A stretch of 64,000 bases of DNA from Octopus vulgaris (Eukaryota), in contig OX597820.1 of NCBI GenBank assembly GCA_951406725.2, forward strand, positions 3,658,001-3,722,000. Direction: 5' to 3'. Under the pieces are notes generated by a model. The model ran no database searches. It saw only the letters and a list, made by a program, of their open reading frames with translations, and was not told the DNA's origin. The position numbers and the translations under genes were made by a program. Shown piece after piece: positions 25,461-37,839 of this stretch. Position 1 is the stretch's first letter, and the number at the start of each line of letters is the position of its first letter.

Positions 25461-25503
25461 CTATTAGAATTAAGAACAAAGCAAGGTAATATCCTTTCGT
25501 CAT
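25461..25503 (-). CDS. Small gene, coding exon 1: signal peptide MTKGYYLALFLILI
   Basis: gccaaaATG start context, hydrophobic h-region, G|GTATGT donor in phase 1. Confidence 0.7.
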
Positions 25504-26235
25504 TTTGGCTGGTAAAATATATTCTGTTGCTTTCCACTCTAATTTATCTTCTTAATTGCAGAATATATCAAATATTTGGATAATAAATAACAGCAGTCAA
25601 CTTAATGCATGTTTAGTGAACAATAGATAATAAGGAGGAAAAACAACAACAAAAACAAACAGCAAAAGCAGTTTTTAGTGGTGAACAAAAGTCAATATTT
25701 CTTATCTGTTTGTAGGAAATTGTGTCAAAAACCAACTCTGCCATTATCTTTGGCATTTGAATTTTGACCTAATTGTTTCAAATTTTAATAGGTCAACAAT
25801 TTTGAGGGGAGGGGGTTGGTAGATTACACTAACCCCAGTACTTGACTGGTACTTTGGTTTATCGATCCTGCAATGGTGAGAGGCGAAATCAAACTGGGAG
25901 GGACTTGAACTTATAACATAATGAATCAGAAGAAACGTCGTTAAGCGTTTTATTCGATATTCTAATGATTTCGCCAAGTAAAACTGTGTAAGAATTTGTT
26001 GAATTCTGGGAGTGAAGAGGAGAAGAAACGGTGGAACTGTAATTATAGAATATTATACAGTAGGATAGACTCGAGCTGACCAAAGCCTCATGAATGGATT
26101 TGGTAGATGGAAACTGAAAGAAGCCCATCGTATACATATATACATATGTATGTATGCATGCATGCATGTATGTATGTATATATGAATGTATGTATGTATG
26201 TATGTATGCATGCATGCATGTATGTATATTTATGT

Positions 26236-26788
26236 CAGGTCATTTTCGACTGCTACTGGTAACATGTAACCCAGTACAACCTGTTGCATGGTCAGGTCGT
26301 CGGCGACTAAACTGGCAACCCCACCAAGCTTGCTTTGTGAGGAGGGTGTTTATTGGACACCCTGCGGGATGAAAAACAAAACCGGTCAAAGGGCGGAGGA
26401 ACTCTTGAGAGTCAACGGCCATCCAATAAATGTCTTAAGGCTGTATCATGCGCAGGGACATAGAAATAATCGGACTGAATACCCGATCGCACGGTTAAAC
26501 CATTGGGAGTGAAGGATTCCTAGCCTTTGTTAGGGCATCCTTTTAGGAGACGGTAACTCGGGTAACTGGGATAACTCCGACATAAAACCTGCAGCTCAAT
26601 GGTTACCGATGATGTTGACTTGTTCTTCTTTTCGGATTATGGCTGCTGTTGCTTAGTGAGTGGGATTGACTCAGTGCACAGCCTTTCCTCACTTTAAAAA
26701 AAATCTTCTTGCACAGGCATTGCACGATAACAACATTGATTAAGCTTTGTGCAATGGCCATACTCGATAATGAGGGGGCAGCCACCAT
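26236..26788 (+). mobile_element. CpG-rich insertion inside a SINE microsatellite; resembles an RTE 5' UTR
   Basis: Abrupt GC/CpG-rich block flanked by (TATG)n; contains gggcatcc...ggtaactc...taaaacc-type motifs. Confidence 0.4.
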
Positions 26789-27479
26789 GTATGTATGTAT
26801 GTATATATGAATGTATGTATGTATGTATTTATGTAAGTATGTATGTATTTATGTATGTATGTATGTATGTATATATGTATGAATGTGTGTATGTATGTAT
26901 GCATGTATGTATATATGAATGTATGTATGCAGGCATGTATGTATGCATATATATAGATATATGTATGCATGCATGCAGGTGTGTGTATGTATGTGTGTGT
27001 AAGTATGCATGCATGTATGTATGTATATGTGCGGGTGTGTGTGTCTTTGTGTCTGTGTTCCCCCCCACACTCGATAACTGGTTTTGGTGTGTTTAAGTCC
27101 TCGTAACTTAGCTGTTCAGCAAAAGAGATCAATAGAACAAGCATCATGCTTTAAAAAAACAATAAGTCCTGGGCCTCAATTCATTCAACTAAACATTCTT
27201 CAAGGCAATGCCCCAGCATGGCCACAGTCTAATCACTGAAACAAGTAAAGGATTAAAAATAAGAGATAAAAGATTATCTCTGAAAGTTGTCGACTTTCTT
27301 ACATAAAGGAAATTTATTGGATAAATTATTTCCCTTTACACTGTCGTGCATAAGCCAGGCACCTGCTGTCAGTAAATACTCAGGGTAGGCAGTTGGTGCT
27401 GTTTATGTAGTAAAACAGAAAAAAAATCAAAACACAGGGAAGCGACTGAGTTGGAGGCAGATTTACTTCTGCCTTTCCT

Positions 27480-28170
27480 CATCATCATTTAACATTTGCT
27501 TTCCACGCTGGCATGGGTTGGACGATTTGACTGAAGACTGGCAAACCAGATGGCTACACCAGGCTTCAATCTTGATCTGGCAGTGTTTCTACAGCTGGAT
27601 GCCCTTCCTAACGCCAACCACTCCGAGAGTGTAGTGGGTGCTTTTACATGACACTGGCACGAGGGCTAGTCAGGAGGTACTGGCAAGAGCCATGCTCAAA
27701 TGGTCTTTTTTTACATGCTACCTGCACAGGAGCCAGTCCAGTGGCACTGGCAACAACCTCGCTCGAATATTTTTCATGTGCCACCAGCACAAGTGCCAGT
27801 AAGGTGACGCAGGTAATGATCACGCTTAAATGGTGCTTTTTACGTGCATGGAAGCCAGATGGTGCTCTTAGTGCTCCACTAGCACAGATGCCAGTCATTG
27901 AATTTGCTTTCGATTTCTTTTTCACTTGCCTCAACAGTTCTTCGCAAGCAGAGTTTAGTGTCCAATGAAGGAAAGGCACACATAAGTGGGCTGGTTACAC
28001 CCCTGGCATAGGCCATGGGTTATGGTCTCACTTGGCTTGCCAGGTCTTCTCAAGGACAGCATATTTCCAAAGGTCTTGGTCACTAGTCATTGCCTCAGTG
28101 AGGCCTAATGTTCGAAGGTTATGCTTCACCACTTCATCCCAGGTCTTCCTGGGTCTACCTCTTCCACTTT
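27480..28170 (-). mobile_element. 5'-truncated RTE LINE: ORF C-terminus plus 3' UTR
   Basis: Minus strand reads GRGRPRKTWDEVVKHNLRTLGLTEAMTSDQDLWKYAV (RTE C-terminal motif), then the modular UTR and (GAT)n tail. Confidence 0.8.
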
Positions 28171-29710
28171 TTCACAGGATCTGGTTTGACTTTTGTCCTT
28201 TGATGAAAAGACACCCAACGGATTTTACTTGGTCAGTACAGAACTGATATTCCTTTTAAGCCAATATTTCTACACTGTTGCAAGACAGTGTAGAAATATT
28301 TGTAATGTTTGCTTTCTAATTTAGAGTACACCAGTGTCACATAACCAGTCCACTCAAAAGTACCTTGGATCGTAGGGCGACATGCCATGCTTGAGGAGAC
28401 CTATTGAGTCAAGTACACCAAAATCAAATGGAAATTGTAGTAGTGATCCCTGTGCCGGTGGCACATAAAAAGCACCATCCGAACGTGGCTGATGCCAGCA
28501 CCACCTTGACTGGCTTCCATGCCAGTGGCACGTAAAAAGCACCAACCGATCATGGTTGTTGCCAGCCCCCTCTGGCCCCTGTGTCAGTGGCACATAAAAA
28601 GCACCCACTACACTCACGGAGTGGTTGGTGTTAGGAAGGGCACCCAGCTGTAGAAACACTGCCAGATCAGACTGGAGCCTGGTGCAGCCTCCTGGCCTCC
28701 CAGACCCCAATCAAACCATCCAACCCTTGCCAGCATGGAAAAACGGATGTTAAACGATGATGATGATGATCTCCAACAACCATTAATACATCTCCCAAAC
28801 CATTAAACAAAGGTCAGAGTAACTTGACCTTTTGAGCCTGTAACACCGGTTTACCAGTGGATGGCTTATTTTTCTCTATAATGTAGCACCGCTCTATACC
28901 TTAGCACTGGTGGAGTCCCAGGTATGTGATAAAATAAGGTTCAGAGGGTCAGGGCTGAAAGGGTTAAAATACCACTGGAGCTGATTTCACTTTGAAAAGA
29001 TGTCTGTTAAAAGCAAATCTGCCAAGTGGACCATGGAAGAGCTTTCAAGAAAGTCTGCAAATACTTGAGAAATGGTTTCAAACTCGATGCTGTGGGAGTT
29101 GAAATTCATTCTTCTGGTACTTCACTTGTGAGAATTCTTCATCATCATCTTCATCATCCTTTAAAGTCTGTTTTCCATGCTGGCATGGCTGGACGGTTTG
29201 ACAGGAACTGATAAGGCTAGAAGCCACATTATGTTATTTTGGTACAGTTTCTATGGCTGGGTGCCTTTCCTAATGCCAACCACTTTAAAAAGTGTAGCAG
29301 CTGCTTTTTATGTGGCACCAGCACTGACAGGGTCACCAAGTACATTGCAAGACAAAAAAACCCTCATCTGAGAGTGGTGAGGTATATTGAGAAGCCAGTT
29401 GAGAGATTTAAGGCAAGCAGGGAACAGGAATGGATGCCTCGTTGTAGCGTGATACTGGAAAGTTTCCAGAAGGATAATTCTTTGTAGAAATACTAATGAC
29501 ATCACAAAACAGAAATCATTGAAGTGGAAGAATGCAGCTGAAGATGTTTAATGGTGTTAAACAAGAAAAATGAAAAATAACCCAAAGCATTTTGGATAGG
29601 TTAATCAACATGTATAAAGATTATAAATTTATTAATCAGGGGTCATATTACAAAAAAATAATTCTAAAATCAGTTTTTCAACAATTTAAATATTAAATAC
29701 AAACAAATCT

Positions 29711-29821
29711 TCATATAGTTTCCGCTTGAGAGAGTTCGTAAGAAATTGAGTCAACCGACATGAAACTAGAGTTTGTTCCACCAGCTGAGATCACTTCAAA
29801 CTGTGGAGGGGATTCTAAAGA
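29711..29821 (-). CDS. PARS2: PARS2 last coding exon: SLESPPQFEV...QAETI*
   Basis: tttttgcag acceptor, TGA stop; AATAAA on - at 29628-29633. Confidence 0.9.
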   Translation of the reverse strand, partial: SLESPPQFEVISAGGTNSSFMSVDSISYELSQAETI

Positions 29822-29885
29822 CTGCAAAAATAAATAATAAATTGTAATGAGTTACAGAATTAATATTCACAAACAAACTTATGTT

Positions 29886-29919
<34 letters not shown>

Positions 29920-30444
29920 AACAGATGTAAACTCAGTAACAAAAGACACCTCTATGTAGGCACAAGATATGCTAGAAATAGCAGCCAAATCTGCTGCAAG
30001 AGTTACTCTGCTCCTTTACAAAAAGGGAGGAGATATTGAACAACATTGATGCATCCTCATCACCAGCATTGTTATCATCACTATCATCCTCATCATCATT
30101 ATCCTCCTCCCTCTTATCATCATCATCATCCTCACCAGCACGCCACCACTGACCCCCCCCTCCCGCCATCCACTTTTCATGCTGATATAGACAGGTCATC
30201 ATAGTCCAAGGTAGTCCTTATTTTAGGGCAGCATTTCTCAACCTTTTTTTTACCCTTGTGTAACCCTTAAAATAAATTACATGTCTCAAGTAACCCCTGC
30301 ACAAAAAAAATTATACACCATAGTCCAACCCATGCTAGCATGGAAAACGGACGCTAAATGATGATGATGATCCTTCTCATAACTTTTTCATCAGAGTTCA
30401 TGTAGTAAATATCATTCATATATATATATATATATATATATATA

Positions 30445-31124
30445 CTAGCAGAAGCACCCGGCATTGCCTGGGAATGAAATTTTTCCTTACGCATTGGAAG
30501 AAAAAAGCAAAATATGCTCTATAGAAATTTATCATTGTAAATTCAATTTATTCTTCAATCGGGCCACCGCCGCCGCTGCCGCTGCTGATGACAACAACAA
30601 TAATAATAAATGAAAATCCAAAATTTACCACTTTTATGAAAGGAGATAAATTCCACCACATATGTTGAAGGAAATTCTGTAAGAGCTTCTGGGAAAACAA
30701 CATTCTTTCATTTTGTGGTTTTGGAGCACAGACAAATAAGTCCTGCAAACCACCTACCCTGGAGCAACCAACATAAAGGTGACCATGAGAAAATCAAGCC
30801 AGTAGATTTCAAAGACTGACCCTTGACCTTTATGTCTAGACTTGCAAAGTGAATTCACACTGGGAATTGTGTTTGTTTGAAGTGAAAGGACATGTCTGTT
30901 GGTTTGGTTGTAATTCTTGGAATGACAGCCTCTTCCCCAGAGGCACATCCACGGATGATGGTAGCTTCTGTCACATTAGGTGATAATGTCTTCACAATCA
31001 ACCTTGTGCCATCGCATAATTTAGGAGGATCTAAATTTCTTAGAAGCATTATTGGGACTCCTACCTTCAGAAAATGTTTATGTGGTGGAATTCCAGGTGG
31101 CTCCAGAGAATTAATGAACTCTGT
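30445..31124 (-). mobile_element. Helitron 3' remnant with PIF1-type helicase fragment
   Basis: [38 protein letters not shown]...QFPV; subterminal hairpin (cccggcattgcctggg, 30457-30472) and CTAG|T terminus. Confidence 0.88.
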
Positions 31125-31560
31125 CCAAGGTGCCAAGCTGTGGGACTGAACCTGAAACCATGTGGCAGGAAAGCAAGCTTCTTACCACACAGCCATGCCA
31201 GTGTCCATTAATATTATGATAGATCATTAGCCACTACACACATTTTTCTCTCTCCTTGTTTATTCTGTGTCCCTTTCTGTAGAAGAGCGTAGGCTCGAAA
31301 TGTAAAAGACTTTTTCTTTTCCCGAGCGTTATACTAATACATCTGTTTGTTTTGTACACCACCTGTCTTCGTCTTTTGTTTTTTTTGTAAACTCTCCATT
31401 AATATTATGCATTGATCAGAGTTGAGAAGAGGCTGGACTAAATCAAGATGGAAATTACAATCTCTACTTTGGATAAACATTTATGTTTAACAAACTTGAG
31501 TGAAAAACAATTTAAAAGAACAATGGATGAAGACAATGAAAAGAAACTGAGCAAACTCAC

Positions 31561-31740
31561 TCGTTTTCCAACGATAACAATGTAAGGGTAACCGATTCGT
31601 TTGGCTTCGTACAACCTTCTGCCAACCGTCATTTGTAGTCTGTCATCAATCACAACTTCTCCATTGATATGTGGTCTGGAGGTCAACTGGTCACTGAGGG
31701 AAACGGCCAAATCAAATGTTTCGTCACTCTTGTAACCTTC
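31561..31740 (-). CDS. PARS2: PARS2 exon: anticodon-binding domain (GEVVIDDR...GYPYIVIVGKR)
   Basis: ctttgtag acceptor, GTGAGT donor, 180 nt. Confidence 0.94.
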
Positions 31741-31999
31741 CTACAAAGAGAGCAGAAAAGTGGACGGATTTGAAACTAAGTAAAAAATGGAGGTAATTTA
31801 TAAGACTTAATAAATTAACGCTGAAAGAATATTGTTGAAACGTTTTATTTTCCTATCATCTTCCCTTTGCTCAGCAGTCACCAAATCTGCTGGTGTATGA
31901 TAAGATCTGCTTCTACCATTTCCAGATCTATCAAAGAACCTCTCGGCATCTAATACAGCCGTAGTACTAATAATAAAATACCAAAGCCAAATGATTACA

Positions 32000-32012
32000 A
32001 ACTACTACCACC

Positions 32013-32056
<44 letters not shown>

Positions 32057-32091
32057 CACTACTACTACCACCACCACCACCACTACTACTA

Positions 32092-32164
<73 letters not shown>

Positions 32165-32290
32165 CACAACTACTACCACCACTACTACCACTACTATTAC
32201 TACTAGCACCAGCACCACCACCACCACCACCACTACTACTACTACTACCGCTGCTACTGCTGCTACTACTACATCAGCAGCAGCAACAAT
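32000..32290. repeat. Compound (TAC)n/(CAC)n trinucleotide microsatellite
   Basis: Directly visible. Confidence 0.95.
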
Positions 32291-32954
32291 ATAATTTAAT
32301 GTTTGTTTTCCATGCTGGCATGGGTCGGATGGTTTGCTAGGAGCTGGCAAGGCTGGAGGGCTGCACTAAGCTCCAGTTGTCTGTTTTGGCATGGTTTTCT
32401 ATGGCTGGACGCCCTTCCAAATGCCAACCACTTTACAGAGTGTGCTGCATGCTTTCTACATGGCACCAACACCAGTGACATCACTAAGTACCTCACAAGA
32501 CAAGACCATCACCTCAGAGGAAGTAATTGAAATAAGAAATATTATGAAAGGGTGGTGGAAGGTGGCGCTGGTAACATCTCCCCAGCAACCTAACAGGCTG
32601 GTGTCCTAAATTTCATGGTTCATCAGTTTCAAAATGACCAAATGACCCCTCACAACACAACCATATTTACTGAATCAAACAACTTAACCGTTTTGTTACC
32701 ATATTTCTGTTGAGATGCTCTGTGTTTCTTTCAATTAATTTTAAATATAACAAAGAATTTAGTAAAATAACTTCGTTATCATTCAGCTAGTGTTAAGGAA
32801 CATAAATTGTGACTAAGGTTTGGTAGAAGATTTTTATTCAAAACTTATGAAAACAAGACAGAGGCACTTTCAGTTGGGTTGGTATCAAAAGGGTTAAGAA
32901 TTGTTTCTCTTTTATATATTTTATATTTTAAAATAATCAAAAAATCAAACTAAC

Positions 32955-33090
32955 CTTCTGAGGAATGATACAAACTTGATAAGGAGCAATGATACTTGGC
33001 CATGAAATTTGCCGTTCTGAAGACAAAACTTCAATGGCAGCTTGAAGAATTCGAGTAACTCCCAAACCAAAACAACTCATCTCAGCAAAA
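32955..33090 (-). CDS. PARS2: PARS2 exon: FAEMSCFGLGVTRILQAAIEVLS...WPSIIAPYQVCIIPQK (motif 3)
   Basis: tttttaag acceptor, AAG|GTTAGT donor, 136 nt. Confidence 0.93.
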
Positions 33091-34332
33091 CTTAAAAAGA
33101 GAAAATATTTAAGAAAAATATTCTTAACAAGAATTGAACTGGTTTTATTAAAAATAAAATTGTAAGTTATTGTTTTTGGAGTTAAATACATAAACATGGA
33201 GAATAAGTTAAGAATATTTACACTTCAACTGGGAATAAACAACATAATCTTTTGACATTGCTGGTCAGTTTAGAGCAAATAAGGTTCTTCATTTCGTACT
33301 CATTGAGTGTCGTACTTTACAATGTAGAAAGATAATGAAGAACATATTTCAGTAAAGCAGTTTTTTAAAAATCTATTTTTCTACTCTAAATTTTTATTTT
33401 ATCCTAAGACAATATTATTTTATTTGAAAATTTAATTCAGGCTTCTACACAAGGTGTTTTATATTTATTTATAGGGCTTGTGTATATATATATAGTTAGA
33501 AATATTGCATTTCTACAAGCACTTGTGCTGGTGGCACGTGAAACATTCGAGCGAGGTTGTTGCCAGTGCCACTGAACTGGCTCCTGTGCAGGTGGCACAT
33601 AAAAAGCACCATTTGGGCATGGCCGTTGCCAGTACTACCAAACTGGCCCTTGTGCCAGTGGCACGTAAAAAGCACCCACTACACTCTTGGAGTGGTTGGC
33701 ATTAGGAAGGGCATCCAGCTGTCGAAACTCTGCCAGGTCAGATTGGAGTCTGGTTCACCAGACCTTAGTCAAATCGTCCAACCCATGCTAGCATGGAAAG
33801 TGGATGTTAAATGATGATGATGATGATGATAAATCTCTCTCAGAGAGACTTACACAGTAGCAGCACGATAAAGTGATGATTTGTTGCCAACTTAATGTGG
33901 CAGCCCCAGGAAAGGGAAGAATGCTGCACCAGGCTCCAATCCGAGCTGGCAATGTTTCTACTGCTGGATGTCCTTCCTAACGCCAACCCCTCCGGAAGTG
34001 TAGTGGATGCTTTGATGTGCTACCAGCACGAGGGCCACTCAGGCAGTTCCGGCAACGATCATGCTCAAAAGGTGTTTTTACGTGCTACCTGCACGGGAGC
34101 CAGTCTGGTGGCTCTGGCAACGACCACATTCGAATGTTGTTTTTCACATGTGCTGGTAAGGTAACACTGGCATCAATCATGCTCGAATGGTGCTCTTCAG
34201 GCAATGAGCATGCTCAGATGTGCTTTTCACTTTCCACTGGCACGAGTGCCAATCAGGCGGCACAGTCATCAGCCACATCAGAGATTTTGATTTAGTTATG
34301 TATGTATATATAAAAATAAATTATGTAATTAC

Positions 34333-34412
34333 CATATCTTGTTATCGCTGTTGACATATGTTGCATTGAATAAAGATGAATACTTTTGGCTAAGATAAAA
34401 GGAATGACCAAC
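34333..34412 (-). CDS. PARS2: PARS2 exon: VGHSFYLSQKYSSLFNATYVNSDNKI
   Basis: tttttcag acceptor, TG|GTAATT donor, 80 nt. Confidence 0.93.
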
Positions 34413-35530
34413 CTGAAAAAGAAACGAGGGAAAGAAATGAAGAAAAAACACTTCTTTAAACCGAATGAAATGTTATTAATTTAAAAGGAAATTTTTCAAA
34501 TGTACAAAACCAGATAAATTAGTATAAAGCACAACTCGGTTATTGCCCCTTGTCCGTTCAATTCAAATGTCAGAGGATTCAATTGGAACCCGTCTGTATC
34601 GAAGTATGTACTGGCAACATCTTTGGATTAACCATTAAGCAAGATAAGTATATGCTTAGGGCATCAAGGGAATTTGGGGGGCACCACAGAGATGGTAAAT
34701 GGTCTACGGCTCAAAAGAAATCACTTTAAAACCTGCTAAAACAATATTCAAAACGGTTTATGGGATTGAAAATATTTCAAAATGTTTATGGTGCCATGTT
34801 GAGGTTCTGACCAAAGACTTTGCAATTCAAAAAAAGTAGGAGGAATCTTTTCAAATATAAACAGAGTGGAAGTCATCATTATCATCATCATCGTTTAACG
34901 TCCGTTCTCCATGCTAGCATGGGTTGGACGGTTTTACCGGGGATCTGGGAAGCCAGAAGGCTGCACCAGGCTCCAGTCTTATCTGGCAGTGTTTCTACAG
35001 CTGGATGCCCTTCCTAATGCCAACCACTCCGTGAGTGTAGTGGGTGCTTTTTACGTGCCACCTGCACAGGTGCCAGGCGAGGCTGGCAACAGCCACGGTC
35101 GGATTGGTGCATTTTACGTGCCACCGGCACGGAAGCCAGTCGAGGCGGCACTGGCTTCGGCCACGATTCGGATAGTGCTTTTTACATGCCACCAGTCCAA
35201 GGGTCCTGGCATCTGCCGGGTGCCAGTCATAGGATTGGTTCAATTTCGATTTCGATTTCGATTTCACTTGCCCCAACAGGTCTTCGCAAGCAAGTATTAT
35301 TTTCCATCTTGCTGTTAGTTTTGTTTCGTTTCGAAACATTTGTTTGCAAGTGTCACATAATGTCAGGGCAAGTAGACAACAACACACACACGTGCACGTA
35401 CACACACACACACAACAAACGTCTTTCAATTTTTGTCTGCGATGTTCATACTTTTTCCAAGAATAACAGTTAAATAAATATAAAATCCAAGTTTGAATAT
35501 TTTCATAGAAAGTGTTTTGTTTTTTTCTAC

Positions 35531-35595
35531 CTCAATACCAGCTGAAGTTTTACATTCTGATCCACATTTTGGGCAAATAGTTTGTTTATTTCTGT
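35531..35595 (-). CDS. PARS2: PARS2 exon: RNKQTICPKCGSECKTSAGIE
   Basis: tttttcag acceptor, GAG|GTAGAA donor, 65 nt. Confidence 0.9.
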
Positions 35596-35804
35596 CTGAA
35601 AAAAGAAATAAGACATTTTAAACAAGTCACTTAAAAATATATGAATGCAATCATTTCATTTTAAGTTTTAAAACATGGAATCTACCATCAAGTTTTTTTA
35701 TCTCTGAGATATTTAGAAATGTAATATTTCTATTTTTGTAATCAGTGGATTTATTTCACTAGAATACTTATAGGCTTACAAGGGCTAGAGAAGCATCTCC
35801 ATCT

Positions 35805-35869
35805 AGCAGGCCATGCTACTCCAGACTGATGACGAGCAAGATTCAGAAACTAGTCCCTGGATGCAGGCT
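35805..35869 (+). ncRNA. Type I hammerhead ribozyme-like motif with extended stem I
   Basis: ccaga-CTGATGA-cgagcaagattca-GAAA-CTAG-TC-cctgg; flanks pair (aggcc/ggctt, tgc/gca, ccag/ctgg); stem II is imperfect. Confidence 0.5.
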
Positions 35870-36513
35870 TAGCTGGGTGGAGGTGCTTGTCTCACCCTGT
35901 AAGCATAATGACACAGGAAATGTGTCAAGGCCGACAGGAAGCGTTGATGCTTCCTAGGGCTAAATAGCAGTGGTGTGATTCCCTTCATGGCACTGTCACA
36001 TTAAGTCGACAGTATACAACTACTCTCTCTCTTTCTCTCTCTCTCTCTATATATATAGTAAAGATTATTTGCTAACATAATGTGGCAGTCCTGGTTAGGA
36101 TGATTGTTACTGTTATTTAGCCCCAGGAAACACCATCTCGAGCTGGTTACACAACACACTATCTGTATCCATATATTTTCAAACAAGGGATATATATATA
36201 CACTCATAAATGAGGGTGAAAAATTAGATATTAATTTAATAATACCGTCAGTTTAACACCAAGTGGCCTAATATATATATATATAACCGCCATCACTGTT
36301 ACACTTTACTTTGCAACTTCACTAGTGCCAGTGGCACAAAAGAAGTACCCAGTATTCACTATAATGAGGTTTGCAATAGGAAGGGCATCCAGCCGTAGAA
36401 ACCATTCCAAAGCTGATATCTGAGCTTGATGCAACCCTGTGGCTCACCAGATCCTGTATAACCATCCAACCCATGCCAGCAGGGAAAACAGATGTTGAAT
36501 GTGTGTGAGTGTG

Positions 36514-36545
<32 letters not shown>

Positions 36546-36912
36546 CACACAAATATATTAGTGTGTACAACAGTTGCCTCAGAGAAACTTCTCAAAGAGA
36601 CATCTGTTTTTTTTTTAACATAGAGCTTCACTTAGAATCCTTGCAGACCACCAGACACAATGTTTCAAACTGATTTGGTCTCCTCAGTGAATACTTTCAG
36701 CATTCTGAGCTAAGCTGAAAATACCTGGTCTGATATAGAAATTTACAGATTTGCACGTTCAAATGTGCACTTAAAACATTATATTAAAATACTGGTGTAT
36801 ATACACATTATAACATAATGTATATACAAGTGTGCAACCATATTAGTGGCAGGAGTTTGTTTGAGAGAAATTTACCAAGTAAATACATGTGTAAAAATTA
36901 ATTCTTACTTAC

Positions 36913-36944
36913 CGACAAGTTCTATATTTCTTCCATATTTACAA
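36913..36944 (-). CDS. PARS2: PARS2 32-nt micro-exon: CKYGRNIELV
   Basis: ttcttttctag acceptor, G|GTAAGT donor; needed to keep the frame and to complete CxxC. Confidence 0.85.
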
Positions 36945-37839
36945 CTAGAAAAGAAGAAAGTTAAAGAGAATTCTTGAATAACTAGGCACAGGAGTGGCTG
37001 TGTGGTAAGAAGCTTGCTTCTCAACCACATCATCATCATCATTATCGTTTAACGTCCGCTTTCCATGCTGGCATGGGTTGGATGGTTTGACTGAAGGCTG
37101 GCGAGCCAGTAGGCTGCACCTGGATCCAATCTGATCTGGCAAAGTTTCTATAGCTAGATGCTTTTCCTAACACCAACCACTCTGAGAGTGTAGTGGGTGC
37201 TTTTTATGTGCCACCGGCATGAGGGACCAGTCAGGCAGTACTGGCATCGACCATGCTCAAATAGTGCTTTTTACGTGCCACCTGCACAGGAGCCAGTCCA
37301 GTGGCACACTGGCAACGATCACGCTCGAATGGTGCTTTTAACGCTCCACTGGCACGGGTGCCAATCAGGCGGTACAGTCATCGGCCACAAGAGCATATAT
37401 ATATATATATATATGCATACCCATAAAGAAATATAACAGTGTGCGTGTGTGTATGTGCGCGTGCATGTGTGTGAGTATGCGTGTATTTGTTCAGTCATTC
37501 ACTGGAAATACTCTTTTCCATGCTAGCATGGGTTAGGAGAGTGCATATTATTGAGGCATTATAAAACAGTTGAATGCTCTTCCTCTCATTAGACTTTACT
37601 TGATCTTTCAAGTATAATATAATAAACTTCATTTGTTCCCTAAGTATCATCATCATCATCTCCCATCATATCTCAACACATGCCCACCATCTTGCACAAA
37701 TCACTTTTTAATGCTTAGGTCCTTCCTTTCCAACAAGATTCTAAAATTACAGAAGAAATATATAAAGCCACATCAAACAATTTATGAAATATTAATTTTA
37801 AGGAATATAAAAAAAAAAAGAATTAAAATTTCCAAATAC

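Larger units (their letters stand above)
17635..25503 (-). other. Unrecognised 4-exon gene for an 83-aa secretory-pathway, probably GPI-anchored, protein
   Basis: Exons of 43+61+56+92 = 252 nt splice in frame (phases 1, 2, 1) to MTKGYYLALFLILIVCSTKIGVNAAETDKVSIGTGYCETVHQLSVKLHDFLGCKGGPGNHVTVPMMTFLVLLQIFGMYMSKLL*. Confidence 0.75.

Noticed and set aside
30855-31136. Host PIF1 helicase gene
   Set aside because: Frameshifted, intronless and followed by a Helitron terminus.
31967-32350. Poly-Val and poly-Tyr/His ORFs
   Set aside because: Translations of a (TAC/CAC)n microsatellite inside a PARS2 intron.
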